A stretch of DNA of 24,923 nt from a virus. Its lineage: Duplodnaviria > Caudoviricetes. This document shows, piece by piece, positions 9,208-17,574 of this stretch. Below the pieces are notes generated by a model, which was not told the origin of the DNA, made no database searches, and saw nothing but the letters and a program-made list of their open reading frames with translations. The translations under genes were made by a program, and so were the position numbers. Location of the stretch: positions 1-24,923 of IMG/VR virus record IMGVR_UViG_3300048855_000214; one strand, 5' to 3'. Within the stretch, counting starts at the first letter, position 1. Each line of letters begins with the position of its first letter.

Positions 9208-10107
9208 ATGGGCCTCAATAGAGATTTAGCCAAGTTGGTCCCGCTCCCTGCCGGGTCCTTCCCTTTTGTATGGGCACCGGGGCAGGGCTGGGTTCAGGCT
9301 CCGTTCTACCAGCGCAACTTATTGCTTAACGCAGACTTTTTCCTCAATCAGCGGGGTTTTGCTGGGGGCGCGCTCGCCGCGGGGAGCTATGGCTACGACC
9401 GCTGGGGCGCGTACGTTGGCGGGGCCAACTACACCGTAAGCGGATCTGTACTGACTTTGGTGTCGGGTGCAATTTGCCAGCCCGTAGAGTCCCCCGGACT
9501 CGCCGGCCAGCAGGTTACCGTATCGGTCGAATCACCCACTGCTGCCCTCACCGTGACGTTGGGAACAGCTGCGGCGAATGCGTCGGGAACCATAGCCGCC
9601 GGTAGCGGAAGAAAGGCGGTTACACTGACCGTCCCCGCCGCGGTTAGCGGCGATTTGCAGGTTCGACTCTCAGGCAGCAACGTGTCGTTTTCCAGGCCGA
9701 AACTAGAAGTGGGGGCCGTCGCGACGGCTTGGGAAACACCGAATCGCACCTCCGAATCCGTAGCCTGCCAGCGCTACTACCAGAAGAGCTACCTGCTCGC
9801 CACACCTCCTGGCTCTGGTGGGGCCGGTAACTACCAAGGCATCATCGACTACTTCGCACCAGCTGCTACGACCGGCCAGATAAACGTCTTCGTGAAACTA
9901 GGTGTAACGATGCGAGGGTTACCAGCGGTGACCCTTTATGACTTGGCCGGGGCAGTCGGAAAAGTGTTCCGCAATGGAAACGGCACACCGGGTAGCCTCT
10001 TCGGGATGGGCGACAACTCCTTCAACGGCGTATCCCCGGCCGGGATATCCGCCGTTGAATTTGCGTTCCACTGGACAGCAGAGGCGGAGCTAACATGTAC
10101 AAACTAA
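9208..10107 (+). CDS. Tail fibre/receptor-binding protein, 299 aa
   Basis: RNLLLNADF...YGYDRW, KLEVG.VAT.W and CQRYYQKSY motifs and an AEAEL end, typical of fibres of Pseudomonas prophages. Confidence 0.8.
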   Translation: MGLNRDLAKLVPLPAGSFPFVWAPGQGWVQAPFYQRNLLLNADFFLNQRGFAGGALAAGSYGYDRWGAYVGGANYTVSGSVLTLVSGAICQPVESPGLAGQQVTVSVESPTAALTVTLGTAAANASGTIAAGSGRKAVTLTVPAAVSGDLQVRLSGSNVSFSRPKLEVGAVATAWETPNRTSESVACQRYYQKSYLLATPPGSGGAGNYQGIIDYFAPAATTGQINVFVKLGVTMRGLPAVTLYDLAGAVGKVFRNGNGTPGSLFGMGDNSFNGVSPAGISAVEFAFHWTAEAELTCTN

Positions 10108-10571
10108 CAGGCGACGAAAACATAGTCTTGCGAATTGACGACCAGCTATTCATACCAAAGGGCCACCCTTTCTGGAAAGAGTACGAAGCTTGGTTGGCAG
10201 AAGGGAATACGCCGGAACCGCAGTTCACGGAAGAAGAAATGGCTGCAAAGCAGCTCGCAATCGCTACTGCACAGTTAAACGTGCTGACGCGGCAAGCGAA
10301 CGCGCAGGTCACGGCCTTGGAGGGCCGCGTCAGCACGATAGAGTACACGATTAACGAGCAGGACCCTGACGACCCCGAGTACATCGAGCCGCTGCCCGAG
10401 GAGATCGCAGAGCTGCCCGTTCGCAAGGCTCAGCTCAAGTCCTGGAACAGCTACCGAACCAAGCTCGGTCGGGTCAACCTGCAGGCAACATGGCCCGCCG
10501 CAGTGCTTTGGCCAGCCGTCCCCGAGCCATATACCAGCGAAATGTCGGCACGGAATGAGACCTCTGTTTGA
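10095..10571 (+). CDS. Tail fibre assembly chaperone-like protein
   Basis: Overlaps the fibre gene; W.EYEAWLAEGNTPEP and W..YR..L.RV......WP..P motifs. Confidence 0.75.
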   Translation: MYKLTGDENIVLRIDDQLFIPKGHPFWKEYEAWLAEGNTPEPQFTEEEMAAKQLAIATAQLNVLTRQANAQVTALEGRVSTIEYTINEQDPDDPEYIEPLPEEIAELPVRKAQLKSWNSYRTKLGRVNLQATWPAAVLWPAVPEPYTSEMSARNETSV

Positions 10572-10607
10572 GGTTTGCCACAGGTGCCGCTATCTGCTTC
10601 TTTGCGC

Positions 10608-11477
10608 TTAAGACGCGAACTGCGGTACGAAATCGTCAGGCCGAGAGATTTCTACGATGTTTAGCTTAAAGGCGGTTTTGTCCGGGACGGCTTGGAAAAC
10701 CGGGATTGTGCTGAAGTGACCATCCGCTGCTAGGGCGTTTAGGATCGCTTCTGCAGTCGCTACCGAAGCTCTGCATCCAATGGTCACTGACTTAACGGCT
10801 TCTGATGGAAAACTGAAAAGATGAATGTTCCTATCGCGTAACGATACGACCTCGGAAGCGTCTTTTAGCGCGCCCAAAATCCTCCATTCTGCCTCATAGG
10901 ACCAATGAGAGCTTTTGGTCAAGAACGCCCTCATTTTGGTAGCCGACTCCACCGAAAGGTCGGGTCTTTGATCTGAATAATGGACACGTCTTAGGTGTCG
11001 AAGCTCGTCGATATCACTGACTTTGCAGTTGAAGAACGCGTGATCCGGGTCGAACTCAATCACATATCCCTCATGTGAGTTCGTGTAGTGCGCCCACATC
11101 AAAATATCGTCTTGCCGCTCTGATAGGCACAGCATACCTATATGTCGATTCGTCGCTTCATAAAGACCGTCAGACATCTGATCCAGCCTGGCTTCAATAT
11201 AGGCAGCCGTCGATTCCTTGATCTGCGACCTGAATGCTCTGGCAGTGCTCGGATCCATCATGTGTATCTGCTCGGCGGTGAAATACTCCTCAAGACTTCG
11301 TTGGAAAATTGCATCGATATCGGCGTCCTCCAGCGAAGACATTCCCATAAAGCCCGCATAACTCATTGGGGGCTTCATTTCAAACGGGTCGTTCAAGTTT
11401 TTCGGCGGCGAGAAGGCGATACGCTTTCCGGTCAGAACGTCCACCCGATCTGGGTGAAGATACTTAAAAAGTCTCAT
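10608..11477 (-). CDS. DUF2971-family protein (antisense moron)
   Basis: LFKY, LNDPFE, MWAHY, V.YS and K...WSYE.EWR motifs; AAGGGA RBS before ATG 11477. Confidence 0.8.
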   Translation of the reverse strand: MRLFKYLHPDRVDVLTGKRIAFSPPKNLNDPFEMKPPMSYAGFMGMSSLEDADIDAIFQRSLEEYFTAEQIHMMDPSTARAFRSQIKESTAAYIEARLDQMSDGLYEATNRHIGMLCLSERQDDILMWAHYTNSHEGYVIEFDPDHAFFNCKVSDIDELRHLRRVHYSDQRPDLSVESATKMRAFLTKSSHWSYEAEWRILGALKDASEVVSLRDRNIHLFSFPSEAVKSVTIGCRASVATAEAILNALAADGHFSTIPVFQAVPDKTAFKLNIVEISRPDDFVPQFAS

Positions 11478-11596
11478 ACGTGATTCCCTTCGATTCAAAG
11501 TGCTAGCGGCGAGCATATTAGCCGAGTCACCTGGCCAATTGACTATCAGTTCCAGTCACAGAGCTTGCAATTTATTACTCAGATTGCAGGTTTTTT

Positions 11597-12085
11597 ATGC
11601 CCAAGATTTCAGCTCAAACGGCCGGCGGCACGAACGTGCTCGCCTTCCTCGACATGATCGCTTTTTCGGAAGGCACTTCAACTGTGAAGGGGAGCGACGA
11701 CGGTTACAACGTGCTGTACGGCGGGGGCCTGTTCCATGGATACCAGGATCACCCACGGCAACGCCTGACCTTTCCCATCAACGGCAAACCGGTAACCAGC
11801 ACGGCGGCCGGGCGCTATCAGCTGCTGGAACGGTACTGGGATGCGTACCGGGTAAGCATGCGCTTGCAAGGCGGCTACACGCCGGAGAACCAGGACCGCA
11901 TCGCGCTGCAACAGATCCGCGAGCGCCGGGCGCTGGACGACATCAAGGCCGGGCGGATCGTCGAAGCGATTCAGAAATGCTCGAACATCTGGGCCAGCTT
12001 CCCCGGCAACAACTACGGCCAGAACCCGCACAGGGCTGAAAAGCTTCTGGCTTTCTTCGATAAAGCTGGCGGGACCTTCGCATGA
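11597..12085 (+). CDS. Endolysin, lambda R-like lysozyme/transglycosylase, copy 1
   Basis: AFLDMIAFSEGT, STAAGRYQ and IWASFPG..YGQ motifs. Confidence 0.92.
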   Translation: MPKISAQTAGGTNVLAFLDMIAFSEGTSTVKGSDDGYNVLYGGGLFHGYQDHPRQRLTFPINGKPVTSTAAGRYQLLERYWDAYRVSMRLQGGYTPENQDRIALQQIRERRALDDIKAGRIVEAIQKCSNIWASFPGNNYGQNPHRAEKLLAFFDKAGGTFA

Positions 12086-12615
12086 CCGCGCTGCTGAAGG
12101 CGGTTCCGCTTTGGGTCTGGGCGGTCGTGCTGCTGATCGCCTTGCTCGCCGGTGCACTGGTTTACCAGACTCTCGCCTTGGCAGACGCCCGGACGGAACA
12201 CGCCGAGTACTTGGCCGGTGTCGACAAAGCGGCCAAACAGGCGAGCGACGCGGCCCGCACCGAAGAGCAACGCCGCCAACGTGAAATTGACCAGGTACGA
12301 AACGATGCTCAACACCAGATTAAGGCTGCGGCGGATGATGCTGCTGTCGCCGCTTCTGCTGCTGACAGCCTGCAGCAACAGGTCGACAAGCTGCTTGCCG
12401 GTCGATCCGCCTGCGATACCCGAGTTGCCCAGGGAAGCGCGACAATCCGAGACCTCACCACTGTGCTCGCCGACCTGCGCCGCCGGGCTGACGAAAGAGC
12501 GGGAGAGCTGGCGCGAATCGCTGATGCAAGTCGAATAGCGGGGCAGGCCTGCGAGCGGGCTTATGACGCAATGAGCATTCGAGCCAGGAAGGGCGGCAGT
12601 TTGCTCGGGCAGTGA
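12082..12615 (+). CDS. Rz-like inner-membrane spanin (DUF2514-like), copy 1
   Basis: N-terminal TM helix plus coiled coil; AD.SRIAG.ACERAYD motif; ATGA overlap with the endolysin. Confidence 0.85.
   Translation: MTALLKAVPLWVWAVVLLIALLAGALVYQTLALADARTEHAEYLAGVDKAAKQASDAARTEEQRRQREIDQVRNDAQHQIKAAADDAAVAASAADSLQQQVDKLLAGRSACDTRVAQGSATIRDLTTVLADLRRRADERAGELARIADASRIAGQACERAYDAMSIRARKGGSLLGQ
12305..12538 (+). CDS. Rz1-like outer-membrane spanin lipoprotein embedded in Rz (+1 frame), copy 1
   Basis: Basic N-terminus, LLLLTAC lipobox and Pro-rich mature part; the same frame is conserved in copy 2. Confidence 0.75.
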   Translation: MLNTRLRLRRMMLLSPLLLLTACSNRSTSCLPVDPPAIPELPREARQSETSPLCSPTCAAGLTKERESWRESLMQVE

Positions 12616-13298
12616 GGATCATCAACGAACCCGCGGCCCTCGCAATGCTCGCAGTCTTCCCGCTGGTCGAACCGATCACGGCACCGGGAGCAGGTGCGGA
12701 AGACCGAGAAGTTGTAGCGCTCCCATAGGCGGACGTACCGGGCGAAGTCTCCGCTCTCCAGCGCCATAGTCGCCGCGTCGATCAATGCCCGGTATCGGTC
12801 GGCGTCGTCCAGTCGCTGGCGCTGGAAGTTGTCGATATTCCGGGAGCGCTCGACGAGCGTCAGCGTCTGCCCGGTTTCCGTATAGATATGTCGGCCTTCG
12901 AGCACGCCATATTTTGCGTAGGTCCGCGTGATGACCGTGTTGTCCTCCTTCACCATGGCGAAGAAGTCGCACTTGTACGGATCGTCCTGGGGTGAGTGAA
13001 TGATGTAGCGGGTATTGTGGAGGCTGCCGACCTGGGCCGCGCCTTGGTTATAGACCGCATAATCTGAAGCGGGGTGACGCCATTCCCGATTGCCGTCCTC
13101 GCTAAAGTAGTTGAAGGCGGCGTTGGCCAGCTCGAACATGTCGAAGCGCTCAAGCGGATCAATGACCAGTGCGGCCAGCAGGTCATCTACCATTTGCACC
13201 AGGAAACGGTGGCAGTAGGCCGGATTGCTCCATTGGCTCCTGTCGTCGAGCATCCCATGCCATAGGGCCATGGCCTCGGCCTTCTTCTTGTTGTCCAT
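12561..13298 (-). CDS. LexA-regulated hypothetical protein with C-terminal CxxC...CxxCxGxG zinc ribbon
   Basis: 245-aa ORF containing CSRC and CEHCEGRG; SOS box 20 nt upstream. Confidence 0.7.
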   Translation of the reverse strand: MDNKKKAEAMALWHGMLDDRSQWSNPAYCHRFLVQMVDDLLAALVIDPLERFDMFELANAAFNYFSEDGNREWRHPASDYAVYNQGAAQVGSLHNTRYIIHSPQDDPYKCDFFAMVKEDNTVITRTYAKYGVLEGRHIYTETGQTLTLVERSRNIDNFQRQRLDDADRYRALIDAATMALESGDFARYVRLWERYNFSVFRTCSRCRDRFDQREDCEHCEGRGFVDDPHCPSKLPPFLARMLIAS

Positions 13299-13317
13299 GA
13301 TTCCGCTTACCTAACTG

Positions 13318-13333
13318 CTGTATACATATACAG
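13318..13333. promoter_or_regulatory. LexA (SOS) box
   Basis: CTGTATACATATACAG is a near-consensus CTG-N10-CAG site. Confidence 0.88.
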
Positions 13334-13385
13334 TAATCGAGGCGCGAGCAATCGGACAAGGGCGCTCCGACAAGCTGCTGGCAGA

Positions 13386-13622
13386 TCAGACCTGGCGTAG
13401 CTCGGCCATCCGCCGGTCGAATGCCTGGCTGAAAGCAATCTCCAGCGCGTCGAGGTCGGCGGCTCGCATGGCTGCGATGCAGGCTATGCCTCTCGCAAAA
13501 CCCTCGGCAATTCCGCCTAGGTGGCTCAGTTCGATCACTCCGGCGGCACGCTCGATGTCCGCGAGAATCTTGTTCACTTCCTTGCGGACCACATCAGGCA
13601 TTACGACTTTGTCGAGCGTCAT
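13386..13622 (-). CDS. Small hypothetical protein, 78 aa
   Basis: GGAG RBS before ATG 13622; amphipathic helical sequence. Confidence 0.6.
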   Translation of the reverse strand: MTLDKVVMPDVVRKEVNKILADIERAAGVIELSHLGGIAEGFARGIACIAAMRAADLDALEIAFSQAFDRRMAELRQV

Positions 13623-13839
13623 GGGGTCTCCGCGCCGGAGCGCATTGGATTTCAGACAGTAGGGATCTGTAGGTAAAAGATGGCCAGCCCGGCGAGGGAT
13701 GCGCCAGGCTGGCCTGCCGGAGAGGGCGAATGGGAATTCGGGCCGGCTCGGACAATGTAGATGCTCGAAACGTGACGAGCAATTTTTCACAGATGTGTGG
13801 TTGGGTGGTTGATCGTCGGTAGGGCGTCGAGAGACTTGC

Positions 13840-14049
13840 TCATTCAGGCGTCATCAGGACCGCCAGCGTTATCCGAATGAACTCTTCATTCTTGTCGATT
13901 GCGTCCAAGGCACCCCGGACGTTATCAGCCACCTCAGCACCGCCCCGTTGCTCGACCCAATTGGACAGTTCAAGGATGGCCGCCTCAAGGGCGATCTGGT
14001 TTTCGTATAGCTTGGAGAGGAGTGCTGGTAGCAGGTCTGAATTCGGCAT
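13840..14049 (-). CDS. Small hypothetical protein, 69 aa (MPNSDLLPALL...)
   Basis: Purine-rich RBS before ATG 14049; resembles small genes I recall at Pseudomonas prophage ends. Confidence 0.7.
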   Translation of the reverse strand: MPNSDLLPALLSKLYENQIALEAAILELSNWVEQRGGAEVADNVRGALDAIDKNEEFIRITLAVLMTPE

Positions 14050-14137
14050 GGTCGTCTCTTCCGACAAAGAACTCAGCTTATCAGGGGGTGGGAGGCATGG
14101 TGATCGTTGGCAGGACGCCAGTGGAGGGAGAAATTCA

Positions 14138-14161
14138 CCGAGTGACTTTCCGAGTGACTTT
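14138..14161. repeat. Perfect tandem 12-bp repeat CCGAGTGACTTT x2, candidate integrase arm-type sites
   Basis: Seen directly, about 90 bp from the att core; followed by an AAACACGGT/AAACACAGT pair. Confidence 0.65.
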
Positions 14162-14250
14162 GCTAAACACGGTAAAACACAGTGAGGCATCGTTGCAGCG
14201 AGCGCCAAGCTGGAAGCCGTGTATTATCTGGGCTGTAGCCCCATCCGCTT

Positions 14251-14297
14251 GCATGGGGTGCTAGGGGTCGAGTGTTCGAATCACTCCGTCCCGACCA
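14251..14297 (+). repeat. attR core: 3' fragment of tRNA-Pro(GGG), not a complete tRNA
   Basis: GCATGGGGTGCTAGGGGTCGAGTGTTCGAATCACTCCGTCCCGACCA contains the anticodon loop, T arm and CCA end; upstream sequence lacks the 5' acceptor strand and D arm. Confidence 0.88.
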
Positions 14298-14311
14298 TAT
14301 TTTCAATGACT

Positions 14312-14339
14312 AGCCCAATCTTCTCAGGTTGGGCTTTTT
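14312..14339 (+). terminator. Intrinsic terminator after the tRNA fragment
   Basis: AGCCCAA...TTGGGCT stem followed by a T run. Confidence 0.7.
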
Positions 14340-14639
14340 CATGTGTGTGAGTTTTGCGGGACTTCTCTGTTTCTCGCGCCTTGCTCCTTTCACAGTCGGC
14401 GGCACTCGCCCACGCGAAATCGTTTGCGACTGTCATGATCGTTCGCTAACCCAAGCCGATCTGTAAGGCTCGTCAGTAAATTGCGGACGAATCGTCTGGT
14501 TCGGCGTTTGCAATCTGTAATTGATCACAAAATGGCTGCGCCCCAGTGCCTCTCCGGAAGCCAACGAATGTGAAGAGCGCAGTGGGACGGTCAGTTGCGT
14601 GGAAGGGGCCGCCCGTGGCTGCTCGGCTTGGATCTGGAG

Positions 14640-15215
14640 TCAGCCCTGGATGATGGTGACTACATGCCTGGTGTAGCAAACACTGTTATCAGGGATGTCT
14701 TTATTTACGAATGCCATGGCACCTACTTTCACGTTATTACCTATGCGAATGTCGTCGCCGATGATGCAGACATTTGCACCCAGTTCCACGTTATCGCCGA
14801 TATAGATCAGACCTTTCTGCCCACTGGTTTTCACGCCAATGGTAGTGTTCTGGCGGATAAACAGCTTTTCGCCGATTCGTGCTGCGTCCGCAATCACGAT
14901 GCCTACGCGGTGCGCGAAACTGATGCCAGGACCTATTTCAGCTGCGAGCATGATATCAATCCCGTGAATACGGACCAGACGTGCATGAATTCGCTGGGCG
15001 ACTTTCGGGTAGTTGAATAATCCTTTTGGGCGGCGATACAGATGCTGAGCCAGTCTGAACCAGAACAGATAGTGCTCCTGTTCTTTCTGACGAATGCGCC
15101 GGATCATCCGCTTGAGCTTGAAGTTCTTTTCCTCGCCGCCCATTACTTCTATGCGCCAGAATCGTTTCAAGTCTGGCCAGTCCATGTATTCCACGTTACG
15201 ACTGCTCCCGGTCAT
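14640..15215 (-). CDS. Hexapeptide-repeat O-acetyltransferase (CysE/WcaB-like); true start may be GTG 15194
   Basis: GIDI...AEIGPG....H..GIVI, IGDNVELGAN and IGNNVKVGAMAFVNKDIP left-handed beta-helix repeats. Confidence 0.85.
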   Translation of the reverse strand: MTGSSRNVEYMDWPDLKRFWRIEVMGGEEKNFKLKRMIRRIRQKEQEHYLFWFRLAQHLYRRPKGLFNYPKVAQRIHARLVRIHGIDIMLAAEIGPGISFAHRVGIVIADAARIGEKLFIRQNTTIGVKTSGQKGLIYIGDNVELGANVCIIGDDIRIGNNVKVGAMAFVNKDIPDNSVCYTRHVVTIIQG

Positions 15216-15497
15216 CCCGACCTACTGCCAGGTACTGATTTTGCGCATTGTATCGGATTTGAAATTTGCTCGACACGCTCACGAAGACCGTAGCCCGAAC
15301 TCGGTACGCGCTTGGTGAATCTCCGTAAACCATCCGGCTGATCGCCAACGAATTCCAAGCTCCGATCCCCCATACGTGCTCTCATAGCAGCCGTCTGAGA
15401 TCTCGCTCCAAATGTATGCCTCGCCTTCCGTAGGCCATTCATTCGGAGAGAAGTGGAATATAGAAGCATTACCGTTGTGCTAAACATGGAGCTTCAT

Positions 15498-15725
15498 ATG
15501 CCTAAGTCGTTACCAACCTTCAACAGCTCCTATCGCAGCCGTGAGATCAGCGTGGAGTTCCTCCACCACCCAAAAGGCATCACTATCCGGTTTCAGGTCG
15601 ACGAAGGGGACTGGCAGTACAGCCCGGAACATTTCTGGGAAAGTTATGCCGAAGCACAGGCTGGAGGGCTGGCATTAGGCCGTCGATGGATCGACCGGAC
15701 ATCCGCCAACGATCGTGACTACTAA
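15498..15725 (+). CDS. Small hypothetical protein
   Basis: GGAG RBS before ATG 15498; ends in the pattern A...G...GRRWID. Confidence 0.55.
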   Translation: MPKSLPTFNSSYRSREISVEFLHHPKGITIRFQVDEGDWQYSPEHFWESYAEAQAGGLALGRRWIDRTSANDRDY

Positions 15726-15839
15726 GCCGGGGCGCACGTCCAATCGGACACCGCTCATCTGCTGATGGGCACTTCCGGTCACCGGTTTCTCTCTCAATAT
15801 AACGCGCGGATTTCCTGCGCCTCAGGTCGGAGAGATACC

Positions 15840-16046
15840 ATGGTGAAAGAAGACAACGGGCCGGAAAGCGCTTATCCAGGACCGGCCGAGCCAGGCAGTA
15901 CGGGAGAGGGTTACCCAGATGCTCAGGGTGACGCAGACCAGAATGACGGCCCGGATTCTGTGGAAGGCGATGACGACGACGATCTCGTGATCCCAGAGAA
16001 TCCTCCCGTCGATGAAGACGAAGAGCCTTCCCCCGGCAATGCCTGA
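15840..16046 (+). CDS. Small acidic, probably disordered protein, 68 aa
   Basis: GGAGA RBS; D/E/P/G-rich; followed by a terminator. Confidence 0.6.
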   Translation: MVKEDNGPESAYPGPAEPGSTGEGYPDAQGDADQNDGPDSVEGDDDDDLVIPENPPVDEDEEPSPGNA

Positions 16047-16065
16047 CAAGCCGACGAACACACCG

Positions 16066-16090
16066 AACCCCGCCTGATGCGGGGTTTTTT
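16066..16090 (+). terminator. Intrinsic terminator
   Basis: AACCCCGC-CTGAT-GCGGGGTT followed by a T run. Confidence 0.8.
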
Positions 16091-16137
16091 ATGGCGACTG
16101 GCGCCGTGCCCGTGAATCCGGACATGTCATTGATGAT

Positions 16138-16554
16138 TTACAGTTCGTCCTCTTCCGCCTGGGCGATTAGCCCGTCCTGCGCCAGGGGCAGCAGCAGGGT
16201 GCGGGCAATCTGGCGCAGCGCTTCATCCGGGTCGGCACTGTTCAGCGCTTCAGCCGCGGCGCTGGCGGCGTCGGATGAAGCTTTGCGCCAGGCGGACAGC
16301 ACCAGACGGCCCAGCACTGACGGGCTGATGCCTGGGGCGGACAATTGCTCGAGCGTAAACTCATCGACTGCCGCGGCAAATTGCTCAAAGGTGACCGCCT
16401 GAGTTCCGTGCAAGCGGCGCCGAAACCTGACATCGCCACCGAGCAGCAGTTGTTCCACGCCGTTTTCGATCCATTCGTGCAGTTCGTTATCGCTGTCCTC
16501 ATCCGGAAGGCGACTGTCATATTCAAACTGTGCGTGCCTCAGCGCAGCATCCAT
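16138..16554 (-). CDS. Phage early-left hypothetical protein, 138 aa
   Basis: GGAG RBS before ATG 16554; resembles Pseudomonas prophage early genes (M.AAL...Q..YD..LP); lies in the leftward operon. Confidence 0.7.
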   Translation of the reverse strand: MDAALRHAQFEYDSRLPDEDSDNELHEWIENGVEQLLLGGDVRFRRRLHGTQAVTFEQFAAAVDEFTLEQLSAPGISPSVLGRLVLSAWRKASSDAASAAAEALNSADPDEALRQIARTLLLPLAQDGLIAQAEEDEL

Positions 16555-16648
16555 GTGTCTTGTCTCCAGAGCATGCAAGCTGGAAAGCCCCGCACAGGCA
16601 TATCGCTCCGTGCAGGGCAGTGTACCGGCCGGGGCCGGCGCTCACCGT

Positions 16649-17323
16649 TTACGCATGACGAAGGGCCAGGTCGCTGATCACGCAGATGGAGCCATCAGTG
16701 GCCGGCGTGGTGTCGGTGTAGTCGATCTGGTTATACACACCGCCGTGGAAGCCCAGAACCTGGGTAAACCACGTCTGGCCCAGCTGCAGCGGCCCGGACG
16801 TGCCGGTAACCCCCTTGCACACCGCAGTGACCGTGGCCACGCCTGCCGACGTCACGTGGATGGTGATTTCGAACGGCGTGCCCAGCGGTACGTTGTCCAG
16901 CACCGTGGAGTTGACCGGATCGGTCTGGTTGAAGTCCTTGCGAAAGCCCATGGTGATCTTGCCTTTCTGCCAGAAAACCTTGATGGGAGGGCTGTCGTCG
17001 TTCTTCACATGCATTTGCGAGATAACCACCTTCTGCGCCGAGTTGACCTTGATCAGCGTCATCTTCTGGTAGTTGGTGTGCTGCGATGCGCTGGCGATGG
17101 ACCAGTAAGCCGCCTCTTTCCACTCGCAACGGGTGCGGCGTGTGCTCTTGCTCGATGCGCCTTTGGTGGGCGCGGAGAACTGAATCGATCCGTCGGCCAG
17201 CACCGTCACCACACTGGGGAACTGTGCTATTGCCAGGGCTCCGTTGAGCTCCAGCGCGACAGGGTTGGTTGTGGAAGTTGCCACCGGTGTTGCGATCGTT
17301 AGATTACTGATGTTTACGGCCAT
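16649..17323 (-). CDS. Polysaccharide lyase family 7 (alginate-lyase-like), 224 aa, no evident signal peptide
   Basis: RCEWKE, SQMH and FHGGVYNQ correspond to the PL7 motifs RxELRE, Q(I/V)H and YFKAGxYxQ; GAGGAG RBS. Confidence 0.8.
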   Translation of the reverse strand: MAVNISNLTIATPVATSTTNPVALELNGALAIAQFPSVVTVLADGSIQFSAPTKGASSKSTRRTRCEWKEAAYWSIASASQHTNYQKMTLIKVNSAQKVVISQMHVKNDDSPPIKVFWQKGKITMGFRKDFNQTDPVNSTVLDNVPLGTPFEITIHVTSAGVATVTAVCKGVTGTSGPLQLGQTWFTQVLGFHGGVYNQIDYTDTTPATDGSICVISDLALRHA

Positions 17324-17451
17324 GGTTTTGCTCCTCGACGATAAAGATCATTGGCCTGGCACGATTGCCTTACCAACCTGATGCAGCGAGCCGCATCCCG
17401 AATCGCCCGTCTAGACAGGCGCTTGAGTGATGGTGCCGCCCCTCGGGAAGC

Positions 17452-17494
17452 AGAATCACACTATGTGTTTATAGCTGTCAACACATAACGTGAT
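17452..17494 (-). promoter_or_regulatory. PL/OL-like promoter with two operators
   Basis: ATCAC-N5-GTGTT (17455-17469) and AACAC-N5-GTGAT (17480-17494) flank a minus-strand TTGACA (17476-17481); possible -10 GATTCT at an 18-bp spacing. Confidence 0.7.
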
Positions 17495-17574
17495 TTTAAT
17501 GTGCGCGAATTCTTAGGAAATGTCCTATTGCCACGCTTACCTTTTCCTACTTCGTTGTATATGCTTTCCGTGCA

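Larger units (their letters stand above)
1..14297 (+). mobile_element. Right-hand part of a temperate prophage (likely podovirus-like) integrated at tRNA-Pro(GGG); left end lies outside the window
   Basis: Co-oriented ejection, fibre and lysis genes run up to a tRNA-Pro 3' fragment at 14251-14297, preceded by tandem repeats. Confidence 0.85.

Noticed and set aside
7442-10571. Diversity-generating retroelement or invertible tail-fibre switch
   Set aside because: No reverse transcriptase or invertase, and no near-identical TR/VR pair or inverted crossover sites seen; the repeats are diverged protein modules.
14221-14297. Full-length tRNA-Pro gene
   Set aside because: Only the 3' 47 nt are tRNA-like; the upstream sequence cannot form the acceptor stem or D arm, so it is an att duplication.
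16553-17302. 249-aa plus-strand ORF
   Set aside because: Antisense to the PL7 gene, which has the RBS and family motifs.
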